64,000 nucleotides of DNA, taken from the NCBI GenBank assembly GCA_965219085.1, contig OZ244720.1, forward strand, positions 2,432,001-2,496,000. The letters are read 5' to 3'. This document shows positions 28,832-38,371 of this stretch, piece after piece. This DNA comes from Dehalococcoidia bacterium. Its GTDB lineage: Bacteria > Chloroflexota > Dehalococcoidia > UBA2979. The position numbers were made by a program, and so were the translations under genes. The notes beneath the pieces are model-generated. The model was not told the origin of the DNA, searched no databases, and was given only the letters and a program-made list of their open reading frames with translations. The first letter of the stretch is position 1, and each line of letters starts with the position of its first letter.

Positions 28832-30061
28832 ATGACCACTGGCGACGTGACACGGCAGACGACGGCGGCGCACGCGAGCGAGGTGATGGCGGAGACCGGC
28901 GGCGCGGTCACCGCGGCCGTCGTGCATTCCGGACCGGACTGGGAGACGGCCACCAGGGCCGTCCTCGCGTCGCTCGCTGGAGCGGCGACGCCGGACCTCG
29001 GCCTCGTCTTCATCGACTCGCGGTTCGCCGACCACTACGGCGATGTGCTGACCCGCCTGCGCAAGGGCACAGGCGTCGCCAACCTGGTCGGCGCGAGCGG
29101 CGAGGCCGTGATCGGCCCCGGCGTGGAGGCGCAGATCGAGCCCGCGGTCTCGTTCCTCGGCGTCTCGCTGCCCGGCCTCCAGGCGACGACGATCGCGATG
29201 CCCGCCGACACGCCGCTGGAGCCCGCACTCGAGCGCGTTGCCGCCGCGGGCGCGCGGGCGTGGCTGCTCTTCGCCGACCCGTTCAGCGTCGACAGCGAGG
29301 CGCTCGTGCGCGCCATCGAGGCGCGCGCACCCGACCAGCCGATCCTCGGCGGGCTCGCCTCCTCGCACGACATGCGCGGTGGGGCGGCCGTGTTCGCCGG
29401 CGGCGCGGTGCAGGCCGGCGGCGCCGTGCTCGTGGGGCTGAAGGGCGACTTCAACCTCCACTCGATCGTCGCGCAGGGCGCCGAGCCGATCGGCCAGCCG
29501 TGGACGGTCACCGCCTGCGAGGGCAACATCGTGCGCGAGTTGGGGTCGAGGCGGGCGCTCGACGTGCTGCAGGACACCCTCGCCTCACTCGATCCCGATA
29601 CGCGCGCGCGGGCGCAGCGCAACCTCCTCGTCGGCCTCGCGATGGACGAGTACCGCTACCAGCACGGCCGCGGCGACTATCTGATCCGCAACATCATGGG
29701 GGGCGACCGCGAGACCGGGGCGATCTCCGTCAACGCCGTCCCCCGCGTCGGCCAGACGTTCCAGTTCCAGTTCCGCGACGCCGGCGCGGCCGACGAGGAC
29801 CTCCGTCAGCACCTCGCGATCCTGAAGCAGCGGCTGCTGCCCGGCGAGACGGTGGTAGGCGCCGTGCTGTGCTCCTGCAACGGCCGCGGGCAGGGCCTGT
29901 TCGGCCTGCCGAACCACGACGCGCAGGCCCTCGTGGACGCGCTCGGGCCGGTGCCGGTCGCAGGCATCTTCTGCAGCGGCGAGATCGGCCCCGTGGCGGG
30001 CACGACGTTCCTGCACGGCTTCACGGCGAGCATCGCGCTCCTGACCGCGCGCTCCCGCTAG
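28832..30061 (+). CDS. FIST-domain protein
   Basis: LFADPFS, LGGLAS, VAQGA.PIG, LIRN, FQF.FRD, CNGRG, GIF..GEIGP, LHGFTAS. Confidence 0.9.
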   Translation: MTTGDVTRQTTAAHASEVMAETGGAVTAAVVHSGPDWETATRAVLASLAGAATPDLGLVFIDSRFADHYGDVLTRLRKGTGVANLVGASGEAVIGPGVEAQIEPAVSFLGVSLPGLQATTIAMPADTPLEPALERVAAAGARAWLLFADPFSVDSEALVRAIEARAPDQPILGGLASSHDMRGGAAVFAGGAVQAGGAVLVGLKGDFNLHSIVAQGAEPIGQPWTVTACEGNIVRELGSRRALDVLQDTLASLDPDTRARAQRNLLVGLAMDEYRYQHGRGDYLIRNIMGGDRETGAISVNAVPRVGQTFQFQFRDAGAADEDLRQHLAILKQRLLPGETVVGAVLCSCNGRGQGLFGLPNHDAQALVDALGPVPVAGIFCSGEIGPVAGTTFLHGFTASIALLTARSR

Positions 30062-30091
30062 CCGCACGCGGCGAGGGCGTCGGGGCGCGCG

Positions 30092-31123
30092 ATGCCGCAG
30101 GTCACGGTCACGTTCGCCCTCGAACCGGAGCTCGCCGACCGCATCCGCGCCGTCGACCCCTCGGTCCGGGTGCGCGTGCTGAACCCGCGCGGGCTCGACG
30201 CGCTACAGGGGGCGGGCCGCTTCCCGAGCCAGCGCCAGGCCGTGACCCCACCCGCCGAGATCGAGGCCGCGCTCGCGGACTCCGAGGTGCTGTTCGCCTA
30301 CTGGGGCGACGCGCTGGAGCGACTCGTGCGGCCCGACGCGTTTCCCGCCTCGCTGCGCTGGGTGCAGCTCTTCACGGCCGGCGCCGAACGCGTCGATTCG
30401 GCGCTGGTCAACGACTGCGGCATGATGGTCACGACCGTGACGGGCATGCACGCCGTACCGATCTCGGAGTTCGTGCTGACCTACATGCTGATGTTCGCCA
30501 AGGGCTGGCCCGCGCTCTGGCGCAACCAGATGTCCGGCGCGTACGACCGCTCGGTCGTGCCCGAGGACCTCGAGGGCAAGACGGTCGGCATCATCGGCAT
30601 GGGCGCCATCGGCGCGGCCGTCGCCACGCGCTCCCGCGCGCTCGGTTGCCGCGTGCTTGGGATGCGGCGCTCGTTCACCGCGCGCGGCCCCGACGACGTG
30701 GCCGACGAGGCGGTCCCGCCGAGCGACCTCGACTACCTGCTGGCGGAGAGCGACTTCGTCGTGCTCGCCGCGCCGCTGACCGAGGAGACGCGCGGGATGA
30801 TCGGCGCGGAGCAGTTGCGGACCATGGGCCCGCGGTCGTACCTGCTGAACATCGCGCGCGGTGAACTCGTCGACGAGGCGGCCATGGTCGCCGCGTTGCG
30901 CGAGGGCGTCATCGGCGGCGCAGCCCTCGACGTGTTCCACCGCGAGCCGCTGCCGCCCGACAGCGCGCTGTGGCAGCTCGACAACGTGATCCTGACGCCC
31001 CACCTGACCGGTGGCCCCGCCGACTACGCCGCGCGCGCCACCTCGATGTTCTGCGACAACCTCGCGCGCTACCTGGCCGGCGAGCCGCTCCGCAACGTCT
31101 ACGACCCGTCGCGGGGGTATTAG
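30092..31123 (+). CDS. D-2-hydroxyacid dehydrogenase
   Basis: GIIGMGAIG, PLTEET, NIARG, LDVF..EPLP, TPH. Confidence 0.92.
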   Translation: MPQVTVTFALEPELADRIRAVDPSVRVRVLNPRGLDALQGAGRFPSQRQAVTPPAEIEAALADSEVLFAYWGDALERLVRPDAFPASLRWVQLFTAGAERVDSALVNDCGMMVTTVTGMHAVPISEFVLTYMLMFAKGWPALWRNQMSGAYDRSVVPEDLEGKTVGIIGMGAIGAAVATRSRALGCRVLGMRRSFTARGPDDVADEAVPPSDLDYLLAESDFVVLAAPLTEETRGMIGAEQLRTMGPRSYLLNIARGELVDEAAMVAALREGVIGGAALDVFHREPLPPDSALWQLDNVILTPHLTGGPADYAARATSMFCDNLARYLAGEPLRNVYDPSRGY

Positions 31124-31281
31124 CAGGGTGTTTGGGGCTGTATTCGATGCAGGTACCGGATTCGTAAGGAGCCGTGATTGAGGCGATACGCCAGACTGCT
31201 TGATCGCCTCGGGGTGGCCGTCGCTCAAGATCGGGCGCTCAAGATCGGGCGCTGTCAGCACTCTGCCGGTAGGATGCCGAG

Positions 31282-32175
31282 ATGCAGACCGACCAGTCGG
31301 GCGAGGGCCGATTCGGGAGGTGGTTGCGCGAGCACCTGACGATTCGCCTTGCCCTGACACCGCTGACCGCATCGGCGATTCTGATTCTGTTCTATCTCTA
31401 CTGGGACGTGTTGTGGATCGCGAGCGACTACAACGGGCGCTCCCACTCGTGGCAACTCTGGGCAGCTTCCATCGCGCCTGCGGTGTTCGCGACCGCATAC
31501 CTGCGCCATAATAAAGACCGTTTGAGGTCCGTACGGATAGGGCTCGCCTGGGCCCTCGTGGGAACCGTGCTTCTACTCGCGGCAGGAGCAGCCGTCTACA
31601 ACGAGTGGCAGTTGCACGTGTTCACACGTGAGGACGAAGGGTTCATTGGACTCCTGGGCTGGGGCGCCACGCTGGCGGCGTTTTCAGTGCCGGTCGCCGT
31701 TGGCGCCACATTTGTGCACCGGCGACTCATGATCACCCTGGCCGGGATCTTGCTGGCCCAGGCGCTGTTCATCGCCCTGACCCTCGGCTTCTCGGAGGAA
31801 CTTTTTGACTTCCCGCAGCCCTGCGAGGACGGGACGGAGGCAGTGGAAGAAGCCTCAGCGCCTGCCGCCAGGATCGAAATGCCGTACACAGCGATCGAGC
31901 CAAACGATGAGCAGGGCGACACCGACTCGGTACGCGTCACACACGGCGTCGACGTCCTTTGTGCCGTCCGCAGCGCGCCCCTTGACCACGGCTTCATCCC
32001 CACTGATGAACGTCTTGTGCTCGCGCTCGGAGCGGCCGGGGCGATCGCGCTGATCGTGGCCGGAGCGCTGCTCAGGCGGCGCGTGCCACTCTACGTAATC
32101 GTGCCCGCGGCACTCATGTTCATGCAGGCGGCGGCCTTCTATCTGCACCCGCCTCAGACCGATTTTGGGCGCTGA
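31282..32175 (+). CDS. Hypothetical multi-pass membrane protein
   Basis: About 7 hydrophobic segments with a loop containing two Cys; A/T-richer than flanks. Confidence 0.6.
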   Translation: MQTDQSGEGRFGRWLREHLTIRLALTPLTASAILILFYLYWDVLWIASDYNGRSHSWQLWAASIAPAVFATAYLRHNKDRLRSVRIGLAWALVGTVLLLAAGAAVYNEWQLHVFTREDEGFIGLLGWGATLAAFSVPVAVGATFVHRRLMITLAGILLAQALFIALTLGFSEELFDFPQPCEDGTEAVEEASAPAARIEMPYTAIEPNDEQGDTDSVRVTHGVDVLCAVRSAPLDHGFIPTDERLVLALGAAGAIALIVAGALLRRRVPLYVIVPAALMFMQAAAFYLHPPQTDFGR

Positions 32176-32220
32176 CACGCCGACGCGCGCTTGAGCGCGC
32201 CTGAAGGTAGGCTGGCCGTC

Positions 32221-32841
32221 ATGGACCCCGAACTGCTCGCTCGCCTCGCCGCCGCCGACTCGCTGCACATCGGGCTGGTGTCTGACACGCACATCCCCGA
32301 GGCTGGGCCGACGCTGCACCCGCAGGTCTTCGAGGCGTTCCGGGACGTCGACTGCATCCTCCACGCGGGGGACATCCACGACATCTCGCTCATCGACCTC
32401 TTCTCCGAGGTCGCGCCGACGTTCGTCGCGCGTGGCAACGGCGATGACGGCTCGGGCGGGCGGCCCGTCCAGCCCGAGGATCCGAGGCTGCGCGAGGGCT
32501 GGTTCCTGGAGCTGGCCGGGCTGCGCGTCGGCATCGCCCACACGGTGCCCGTGCCGGACATCGGGGGGTGGACGCTGGAGCGGGCGATGGAGCGCTACTG
32601 CGGCCGCACCGACCTCGACGTGATGGTCTTCGGCGACACCCACACCGAGTGGTGCGAGGAGGTCCGCGGCGTGCTGTGCGTGAACCCGGGCTCGCCGACG
32701 CTGCCGCGCAACTACGAGCAGCGCCTCGGGACCATCGCCTTCCTCGATATCGCCGGCGGCACGGCGACCGTGGACATGCGGCAACTGACCGAGGATGGCC
32801 ACGAGCCGTTCGACTGGTCGACGTGGAAGAGCCCGCTGTAG
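32221..32841 (+). CDS. Metallophosphoesterase (YfcE-like)
   Basis: SDTH, HAGD, RGNGD, GDTH, NPGS. Confidence 0.88.
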   Translation: MDPELLARLAAADSLHIGLVSDTHIPEAGPTLHPQVFEAFRDVDCILHAGDIHDISLIDLFSEVAPTFVARGNGDDGSGGRPVQPEDPRLREGWFLELAGLRVGIAHTVPVPDIGGWTLERAMERYCGRTDLDVMVFGDTHTEWCEEVRGVLCVNPGSPTLPRNYEQRLGTIAFLDIAGGTATVDMRQLTEDGHEPFDWSTWKSPL

Positions 32842-32930
32842 CCCAATGTAGCCCGAGCCCTCGACCCGACCGTGCCGACGCTGGTGCGCGCGGTATACCC
32901 TGCACGCCGTGGCGAGCGGGGAGGCGCACG

Positions 32931-33521
32931 ATGGTGGACTACGACGCACGTACGGCGCTCGTCGTCGTCGACGTGCAGAACGACTTCGCGCACCCGGACG
33001 GCGCGCTCTACGTGAGCGAGGCCGGCGAGGCCATCGTCACCGTCAACGAGGAGATCGAGCGCGCCTCGGCGGCCGGCGCGCTCGTCGCGTACACGCAGGA
33101 CTGGCACCCGGAGCACACGCCGCACTTCGCGCCGGACGGCGGCATCTGGCCCGTCCACTGCGTCGGCGACTCGTGGGGCGCGCAACTCCACGACGACCTG
33201 ACCGCGCTCGATGACGCCGCGCGCGTCCGCAAGGGCGTCGATGGCGAGGACGGCTACTCCGGCTTCACCGTCCACGACGTCGAGCGCGACGAGGACGCGC
33301 CGACGGAGCTTGAGGGCCTGCTCCGCGAGCGCGACGTGGAGCGGGTGGTCGTGGTCGGCCTCGCGACGGACTACTGCGTGCGCGACACGGCGCTCGATGC
33401 CGCCCGGCTCGGCTTCGAGACGACCGTGCTTGCGCGCGCGATCCGCGCCGTGAACCTCGAACCCGGCGACGGCGAGCGTGCGCTCGAGGCGATGCGCCTG
33501 GCCGGCGCGCGCATCGAGTGA
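32931..33521 (+). CDS. pncA: Nicotinamidase
   Basis: VVDVQNDF, QDWHP, WP.HC, KG, YSGF, GLATDYCV. Confidence 0.92.
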   Translation: MVDYDARTALVVVDVQNDFAHPDGALYVSEAGEAIVTVNEEIERASAAGALVAYTQDWHPEHTPHFAPDGGIWPVHCVGDSWGAQLHDDLTALDDAARVRKGVDGEDGYSGFTVHDVERDEDAPTELEGLLRERDVERVVVVGLATDYCVRDTALDAARLGFETTVLARAIRAVNLEPGDGERALEAMRLAGARIE

Positions 33522-34882
33522 GCCCGCCACACAACCGCGAGGCGGCCGCGGGCGTCGACCTCGCGCTGTTCACCGACCTCTACGAGCTGACGATGCTCCA
33601 GTCGTACTGGGAGCACGACCTCCGCGCGCCTGCCACGTTCGAGCTGTTCGCGCGCACGCTCCCTGAGGGCCGCAACTACCTGCTCGCCTGCGGTCTCGAT
33701 TCCGCACTGACGTACCTCGAACGGCTCAGCTTCGGGGCCGAGGCGCTCGCGGCGCTGGAGCGGGTGGGCTTCCCCGCGGGCTTCCTCGACTGGCTCGGCG
33801 AGCTGCGGTTCACGGGCGACGTGTGGGCGATGCCGGAGGGGACGCCCGCCTTCGGCAACGAGCCGCTGCTGGTCGTCGAGGCGCCGATGCCGGAGGCGCA
33901 GGTGGTAGAGACGTACCTCATCAACCAGGTGCACTTCCAGACGCTCGTCGCCTCGAAGGGCGCGCGCGTCGTCACCGCCGCGGCAGGGCGTCCTGTCGCC
34001 GACTTCGGCGGGCGCCGTGCCCACGGGACCGACGCCGGACTGACGGCCGCACGCGCGCTCTACCTCGCCGGCATGGCGTCGACGTCGAACGTGGCGGCCG
34101 GCGCGCGCTACGGCATCCCCGTGACCGGCACCATGGCGCACAGCTACGTGCAGGCGCACGGCGAGGACTACTCGGCGTTCCGCGACTTCGTCGCCACGCA
34201 CCCCGAGACCACGCTGCTCGTCGACACGTTCGACACGCTCGAGGGGGTGCGCACGGTCGTCGCCCTCGCCGAGGAGCTCGGCGACGCGTTCCGCGTGCGC
34301 AACATCCGGCTCGACTCGGAGCCGCTCCGGGAACTGGCCGTCGAGGCGCGGCGCATCCTCGACGCGGCCGGGCTCACCTCCGTGCGCATCATCGCGAGCG
34401 GCGGCCTCGACGAACACGGCGTCGCCGACCTCGTCGCCGCGGGTGCGCCGATCGACGCCTTCGGCGTCGGCACGCGCGCGGTCACGTCCGCCGACGCGCC
34501 GACGTTCGACGCGGTCTACAAGCTCGTCGCGTACGACGGCGAGGGGCGGATCAAGCACTCGACGGGCAAGGCGACGCTCCCCGGCCGCAAGCAAGTGTTC
34601 CGCCAGCGCGCCGCCTCGGGCGTTGCGAGGCGCGACATCCTCGCCCGCGCCGACGAGCGCCACGCGGGCGAGCCGCTCCTCGTGCAGGTCATGCGCGGCG
34701 GGGAGCGCCTACCCGCGGGCGAGGACTCGCTGGAGCGTGCGCGCGAGCGGGCTGCCTCGGAGATCGCACGCCTCCCCGAGCGGCTGCGAGGACTCGATGA
34801 GGCCTCGCCGCCGTACGAGGTGGTGGTCAGCGAGGCGCTGCGCGCGGACGCGGCCCGCCTCGGGCGGGCGTGGGACGATTAG
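33518..34882 (+). CDS. pncB: Nicotinate phosphoribosyltransferase
   Basis: TDLYELTM, DFG.RRAHG, GTMAHS, LVDT, RLDS, SGGLDE, VYKLV. Confidence 0.95.
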   Translation: MSPPHNREAAAGVDLALFTDLYELTMLQSYWEHDLRAPATFELFARTLPEGRNYLLACGLDSALTYLERLSFGAEALAALERVGFPAGFLDWLGELRFTGDVWAMPEGTPAFGNEPLLVVEAPMPEAQVVETYLINQVHFQTLVASKGARVVTAAAGRPVADFGGRRAHGTDAGLTAARALYLAGMASTSNVAAGARYGIPVTGTMAHSYVQAHGEDYSAFRDFVATHPETTLLVDTFDTLEGVRTVVALAEELGDAFRVRNIRLDSEPLRELAVEARRILDAAGLTSVRIIASGGLDEHGVADLVAAGAPIDAFGVGTRAVTSADAPTFDAVYKLVAYDGEGRIKHSTGKATLPGRKQVFRQRAASGVARRDILARADERHAGEPLLVQVMRGGERLPAGEDSLERARERAASEIARLPERLRGLDEASPPYEVVVSEALRADAARLGRAWDD

Positions 34883-35187
34883 GCCTCGGTCTCGTCGCCT
34901 CCGCACAGTTCCACGCGCGCCTCGACGCCCGGGATGGCTCGCAGCCGTCCGTCAAGCTCGCGGAACGCCGGCGAGGCGCGCCAGGCCAGGGCGGCCTCAC
35001 GCGATTCCCACAAACTCGTCAGCAACAGCGAGCGCCGCGAGATCCATCGGTGCATCCGCACGCAGCCGGGCGCCGTGCGGCCATCGCGTTCGAGGCGGCG
35101 TGCGAGCCAGAACGCGCGCGGCATCGAGCGCATGCGCCGCAGGTGCCAGGCGGTCAGCAGCAGGACGGGGGCCGTTGGCGGTTGCAT
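34879..35187 (-). CDS. Small hypothetical protein (ABM/dimeric alpha-beta-barrel-like)
   Basis: APGC..TSLWESREAALAW; TACCGT 6 nt before ATG. Confidence 0.55.
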   Translation of the reverse strand: MQPPTAPVLLLTAWHLRRMRSMPRAFWLARRLERDGRTAPGCVRMHRWISRRSLLLTSLWESREAALAWRASPAFRELDGRLRAIPGVEARVELCGGDETEA

Positions 35188-35203
35188 GCGCCGACGGTAG
35201 CAC

Positions 35204-36286
35204 TCAACCGAACTCGCCGAGGATGTGCGCGAGCAGGCGCAGCATCCGCCACCCGTCGCGCGCCGCGTGGCGCAGGTTCCCCGGCTGCGGCTCGACGTGG
35301 TCGAAGAGGTCGAGGCGATGGTAGAGGGCGGGCTCGTGCGCTGCGGCGAGCGCCTCGGACTCCACCCACGGCACGAACGCGTCGGCGCGGTCATGCAGCA
35401 GGTAGAGTGGGGCGCGCAGGCCGTCGATGTGGCGGCTCGGGCTCACCCCATCGAGGTTCGCGCGCGGCACCGGCCCGAGACCATCCAGGAACGCCTCGGC
35501 CTCCTCGATCGTCGCCCCGTCGGCCAGCGCCTCGAAGACGGCACGCCCCGGCTCATCGAGCGACGCGAGGAGGGTGTTGCGGACGGCGCGCTCGGAGATG
35601 CCCGCTGGGTCCCACGCCTCGACGCCCTCGGGGCCGCGGAAGCTCCGCGAGAGCACCGAGGCGGCGAGGCTCGCGGCGTCGTAGTACGGCCCGATCGCGA
35701 CGACGAAGGCGACGTCCCCGGCGACCTCCGGCTGCGCGGCGGCGACTATAGTCAGCGATCCGCCGGCCGACAGCCCGACGTAGCCGACTCGGTCCTCGCG
35801 CACGCGCGGGTGCGCCGCGAGCGCCTCGAACGCGGCGGTGAGGCGTCCGATCTCGACGGGCAGCACCACCGCGCCATCGAGCTCGTCGGAGTGGGAGAGC
35901 AGCACCGCGAAGCCGATGCGCGCGAGACCCTCGGTGAAGCGCACGACGCGCTCGTCGTCGGCCTCGGCGGGGTCCGCGCCGAGCACGACGATGAGGCCCG
36001 GCGCCTCCCCGTCGCCGGCGGGGAGGGTGAGCACGCCGCTACCGCCCTCGGCGTAGTCGAGCGTGTGCGTCGAGGGGTCGCCGGTGAACCACGTGATGGG
36101 GCGGCCGGGGAGGCGGAACACGACGTCTGCGGTGAATGCGGTGGCGCGCAGCCAGTCGTGCGCGGTCGGGAGCGCCGCGCCGACGGCCATGAGCGCCACG
36201 AGCATGGTGAGGAAGCGCAGGCGGCGCCGGATGGCCCACGCGTCCATGCGTCGAGGGGCGAGTCGGCGGGGGTCGAGGCGGCGCAT
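35204..36286 (-). CDS. Membrane-anchored alpha/beta hydrolase
   Basis: N-terminal TM, GLSAGG nucleophile, LH...D..VP, FDHV. Confidence 0.75.
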   Translation of the reverse strand: MRRLDPRRLAPRRMDAWAIRRRLRFLTMLVALMAVGAALPTAHDWLRATAFTADVVFRLPGRPITWFTGDPSTHTLDYAEGGSGVLTLPAGDGEAPGLIVVLGADPAEADDERVVRFTEGLARIGFAVLLSHSDELDGAVVLPVEIGRLTAAFEALAAHPRVREDRVGYVGLSAGGSLTIVAAAQPEVAGDVAFVVAIGPYYDAASLAASVLSRSFRGPEGVEAWDPAGISERAVRNTLLASLDEPGRAVFEALADGATIEEAEAFLDGLGPVPRANLDGVSPSRHIDGLRAPLYLLHDRADAFVPWVESEALAAAHEPALYHRLDLFDHVEPQPGNLRHAARDGWRMLRLLAHILGEFG

Positions 36287-36358
36287 GGCCAGATGGTACG
36301 TCCGGGGCCGAGGGGAGGGGGGCGTTTACCAGGGTAGAACGGGCGTTCGTAGACCGGC

Positions 36359-36364
36359 TATACT
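36359..36364 (+). promoter_or_regulatory. Putative -10 box of TIR operon
   Basis: TATACT 32 nt upstream of first TIR ATG. Confidence 0.45.
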
Positions 36365-36396
36365 CGGCCACGGCGGGGTTGGTGGGGGGAACCACG

Positions 36397-36780
36397 ATGG
36401 CGCGACATGTCTTCCTCAGCTTCGCGGCTGAGGATCAGTGGCTGGCCAACGCCTTGCGCAGGCAGGCCGAGAGCAGGAGCTGCGGCCTCGAACTCCGCGA
36501 CTACGCAGCGTCGGAGCCGTTCGAGCGCGCGCGCCGGATGAACGTCGAACGGCTGATCCGCACGTGCTCCGCGACGATCTGCCTCGTCGGCAAGACGACG
36601 TGGCGCAGCGACGCGGTGAACTGGGAGATCCGCAAGAGCAGGGAGCTCGGGAAGCGGGTCATCGCCGTGCGGCTCTCGTCCGACGTCTCGCGCTACCCGG
36701 AAGCGCTGATCAAGCCGGGCGTGACGATCGTCCCTCGGGACATCGAGGAGGTCGCCCGCGCGCTCGGCGTCGCGGCGTGA
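36397..36780 (+). CDS. TIR-domain protein (ThsB/MTH538/DUF1863-like), copy 1
   Basis: VFLSF..ED, RDY, SATICLVG..T..S..VNWEI..S...GK..IAV; catalytic-position Glu77. Confidence 0.85.
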   Translation: MARHVFLSFAAEDQWLANALRRQAESRSCGLELRDYAASEPFERARRMNVERLIRTCSATICLVGKTTWRSDAVNWEIRKSRELGKRVIAVRLSSDVSRYPEALIKPGVTIVPRDIEEVARALGVAA

Positions 36781-36903
36781 CCGCATGAGCGACCATCACG
36801 GGCCTCATGGGGCGCTCGGCAAGCCGGGAGATGTCGCTAGAACGCGCGTTCGGCGTAGACTGTACTTCGCTGGCGGGCTGGAACCGGGCAAAGGCGGTCA
36901 TCG

Positions 36904-37287
36904 ATGGCGCGAAACGTCTTCCTCAGCTTCGCGATGGAGGATCAGCGGCTTGCCAACGCGTTTCGGGTGCAGGCGACGAACAGCCGCTCCGACCTGGAGT
37001 TCCGTGACTACTCCGTGAAAGAGGCGTTCGAGCACGCGTGGAAGACGAACGTTGAGCGTCTGATCCGGATGTGCTCCGCGACGGTCTGTCTTGTCGGTGA
37101 GTCCACGTGGCGCAGTGATGCGGTCGACTGGGAGATACGCAAGAGCAATCAGCTGGGGAAGCGGCTGATTGCGGTGCGGCTGGGACCCGACGTTCGACTT
37201 CCAACGGCCCTGGGCGAGTTGGGCGTCACAGTCGTTCCATGGGATATCGAGGCGATCATGCGGGAACTCGGTGGCGTGGCCGCGTGA
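36904..37287 (+). CDS. TIR-domain protein (ThsB/MTH538/DUF1863-like), copy 2
   Basis: Same motifs (VDWEI), same 127-aa length as copy 1. Confidence 0.88.
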   Translation: MARNVFLSFAMEDQRLANAFRVQATNSRSDLEFRDYSVKEAFEHAWKTNVERLIRMCSATVCLVGESTWRSDAVDWEIRKSNQLGKRLIAVRLGPDVRLPTALGELGVTVVPWDIEAIMRELGGVAA

Positions 37288-37817
37288 CCACGGATGGGGC
37301 AGCCCTCGAGCGCCGATTGTTCCCCGCGGGTCCGCCACCCGCGGACGATGGAACCGCGCGGTCCTTGCTCGACCAGTACCGGCTGCTGGTGGAGTCGTCC
37401 GAACGGGTGGTGGCTCGGCGTCAGACCGCCAACACGTTCTTCCTCTCCATCAACTCGGGTCTCTTGATCGTCGCGGGCGTCCTGCTTCGCGAAGGCGACT
37501 TGGTCTCCACACTGGGCGGAGGTGTGAGCGCGGGTGTGAGCTTGATGGGGTTCTTCATCTGCTTCGTGTGGTGGCGCATGGTGACGTCCTTCCGCCAGTT
37601 GAACACGGCGAAGTTCAGGATCATTCACCTGCTGGAGGGTCATCTCCCGGCTGCCGTCTTTGCGGCCGAGTGGGATGCGCTCGGCGAAGGACACGACCCG
37701 TCGCTCTATCGCCCCTTCACGCGCCTCGAGACACAGATCCCCATGGGACTCATGGCCCTCTATGGAAGCGCGGCTGTGGCCGGGGTCGTGTTGGCGGCAC
37801 TCAGCGGGATTCGCTGA
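37284..37817 (+). CDS. Three-TM membrane protein, candidate effector (RipA-family-like)
   Basis: GTGA overlap with TIR2; QY..LVES...V..RRQTAN.FFLSINS, LN.AKF.II..LE..LP...F..EW, Y.PFT.LE..IP. Confidence 0.7.
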   Translation: MTTDGAALERRLFPAGPPPADDGTARSLLDQYRLLVESSERVVARRQTANTFFLSINSGLLIVAGVLLREGDLVSTLGGGVSAGVSLMGFFICFVWWRMVTSFRQLNTAKFRIIHLLEGHLPAAVFAAEWDALGEGHDPSLYRPFTRLETQIPMGLMALYGSAAVAGVVLAALSGIR

Positions 37818-37831
37818 CCCGCCGTTCGCAG

Positions 37832-38263
37832 CTACCCGCCCAGCATCGCGTCCAGCGACAGCGGCCCCGCGCCGCCGAGGATGAGCGCGACGAGGGCCGC
37901 GACCATGAGGATGTCGAGTTCGTAGCCCTGCGCGTTCTCGTTGCCCGCGAACGGCAGGTGCAGCTTCGCCGCGTTCGTGTACGTCGCCACCGCCATGCTC
38001 ACGGCGAGCGGGATCGCGACCCACGACGTGAACAGGCCCGCGAGCAGCGCGAGACCGCCGATGACCTCGAGCGCCACGACGAGGGGACCGAGCAGCCGCG
38101 GGATTGGATAGCCGAGTTCACCGAGCCACGAGCTGAAGCCGCCGACGCCGCGCCGGAACTTGCCGTAGCCGGCGTGCACAAGGATGACGCCGAGGGCGAC
38201 GCGTAGCGGCAGCATCGCCCATCCGGGCTCGCAGGCGCAGAGGGGCTCGGTCAGCACGTCCAC
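37832..38263 (-). CDS. DoxX family membrane protein
   Basis: LRVALG....HAGY.K, E..GG..LL.GL.T, GYE, GAG..SLD. Confidence 0.88.
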   Translation of the reverse strand: MDVLTEPLCACEPGWAMLPLRVALGVILVHAGYGKFRRGVGGFSSWLGELGYPIPRLLGPLVVALEVIGGLALLAGLFTSWVAIPLAVSMAVATYTNAAKLHLPFAGNENAQGYELDILMVAALVALILGGAGPLSLDAMLGG

Positions 38264-38371
38264 GGGTCGACTCGCACTACGCGGCGGGCGCCTGCATCGA
38301 GGAGCCCGGCAAGGAGGAGCACTTGCGCGCCGGTGCGGGCGAGGCCCGTCACCGGCGCGTCGGGCCCGGCG

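Noticed and set aside
31121-31130. TAG-CAGGGTG after the dehydrogenase stop resembles the end of the IS at 52879
   Set aside because: Only 7 nt of IR match, with no partner IR or transposase remnant
32837-32854. TGTAGCCC repeated twice at a stop codon (possible excision footprint)
   Set aside because: Too short to distinguish from chance
32931-37817. Functional link between pncA-pncB (NAD+ salvage) and the nearby NAD+-consuming TIRs
   Set aside because: pncAB has host-like composition and is separated by two opposite-strand genes; proximity alone is not evidence
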